Assembly: GCA_025201805.1 (NCBI GenBank)
Contig: MU619272.1
Location: 62,001-126,000 of the forward strand
Source of the DNA: Parasitella parasitica NRRL 2501
Taxonomy: Eukaryota > Fungi > Mucoromycota
Direction: 5' to 3'
DNA length: 64,000 bases
The notes below the pieces were generated by a model. It was not told the DNA's origin. It saw nothing but the letters and a program-made list of their open reading frames with translations, and searched no databases. This document shows positions 63,467 through 64,000 of the stretch, piece by piece. The first letter of the stretch is position 1; every line of letters begins with the position of its first letter. Both the position numbers and the translations under genes were made by a program.

Positions 63467-64000
63467 GTCTTTATTGTTATTTTTGTGTAGAGAAGAAGAA
63501 CAAACAAGATGCAATGAAGTCTTATTTATATGATGAAATCCTTGATTCAAAGCATTAAATGTGACCTTCCATCGTTTTTTTTTTTTTTTTTTCTCGAGTT
63601 ACATGTGCGATGTACTAATTTAGATCCTATGTTCTCGACCTCAACCCCCCCATTACCACCTACTTTTTGTTTTTCCATGTATACCTTAAAAAGAGCAAAA
63701 ACTTGTTTAGTCGTTATGCATTTGGAATCAAAAATATATGTAATTGGTACATATTGTCAAATATTGCAGCTATACTCGAATTGGATTGAATGAAAAAAGG
63801 AGGCATGGAAGTTATATCATTGCAAATGTGTAGTGATGGGAGAATCGCTAAAAGACAGATAAAAAAACTTTTTCTTTTTTTTTTTTTTGGTATTATTATC
63901 AAAGCATCTCCGATTTCGAGTTTTGCATCAAAAGCATTTCATTTACTATAAAACACAAAACGTTTGTTGTCATGGTAACAAGACATATGCTGCTGTTTTG

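Overview
Intron-rich, AT-rich fungal DNA, almost certainly Mucorales (Mucor-like). The evidence is a CotH gene, short GT-AG introns and Mucorales-type Tc1 transposase remnants. About 22 apparently intact genes can be built by hand: Asn-rich membrane protein, CotH, two F-box/LRR proteins, TauD dioxygenase, WDR44-like, Slo-type K+ channel, Pin1/Ess1, a PD-(D/E)xK-like gene, FANCA N-domain, SF3B2, Mme1-like carrier, Dug2, mitochondrial LysRS, N-formylglutamate amidohydrolase-like, Zn-ADH, EMC10, two choice-of-anchor-A adhesin-like paralogs, SMN, NFX1/Fap1, a Clr2-N protein and a cupin. The standout is a 5.2-kb composite-transposon-like unit (23243-28461). Two direct-orientation, internally deleted Tc1/mariner elements bracket a 3.8-kb cargo. 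The cargo carries an intact 7-exon putative nuclease-fold (Crinkler REase-like) gene, preceded by four palindromic TACGA-N5-TCGTA sites. The whole unit sits in one duplicated TA inside a decayed F-BAR/DEP/RhoGAP gene, and removing it restores the RhoGAP reading frame exactly. A second lead is an unexplained hairpin-dense non-coding region at about 45.77-46.24 kb. All family assignments come from motif recognition by eye; no database searches were run.
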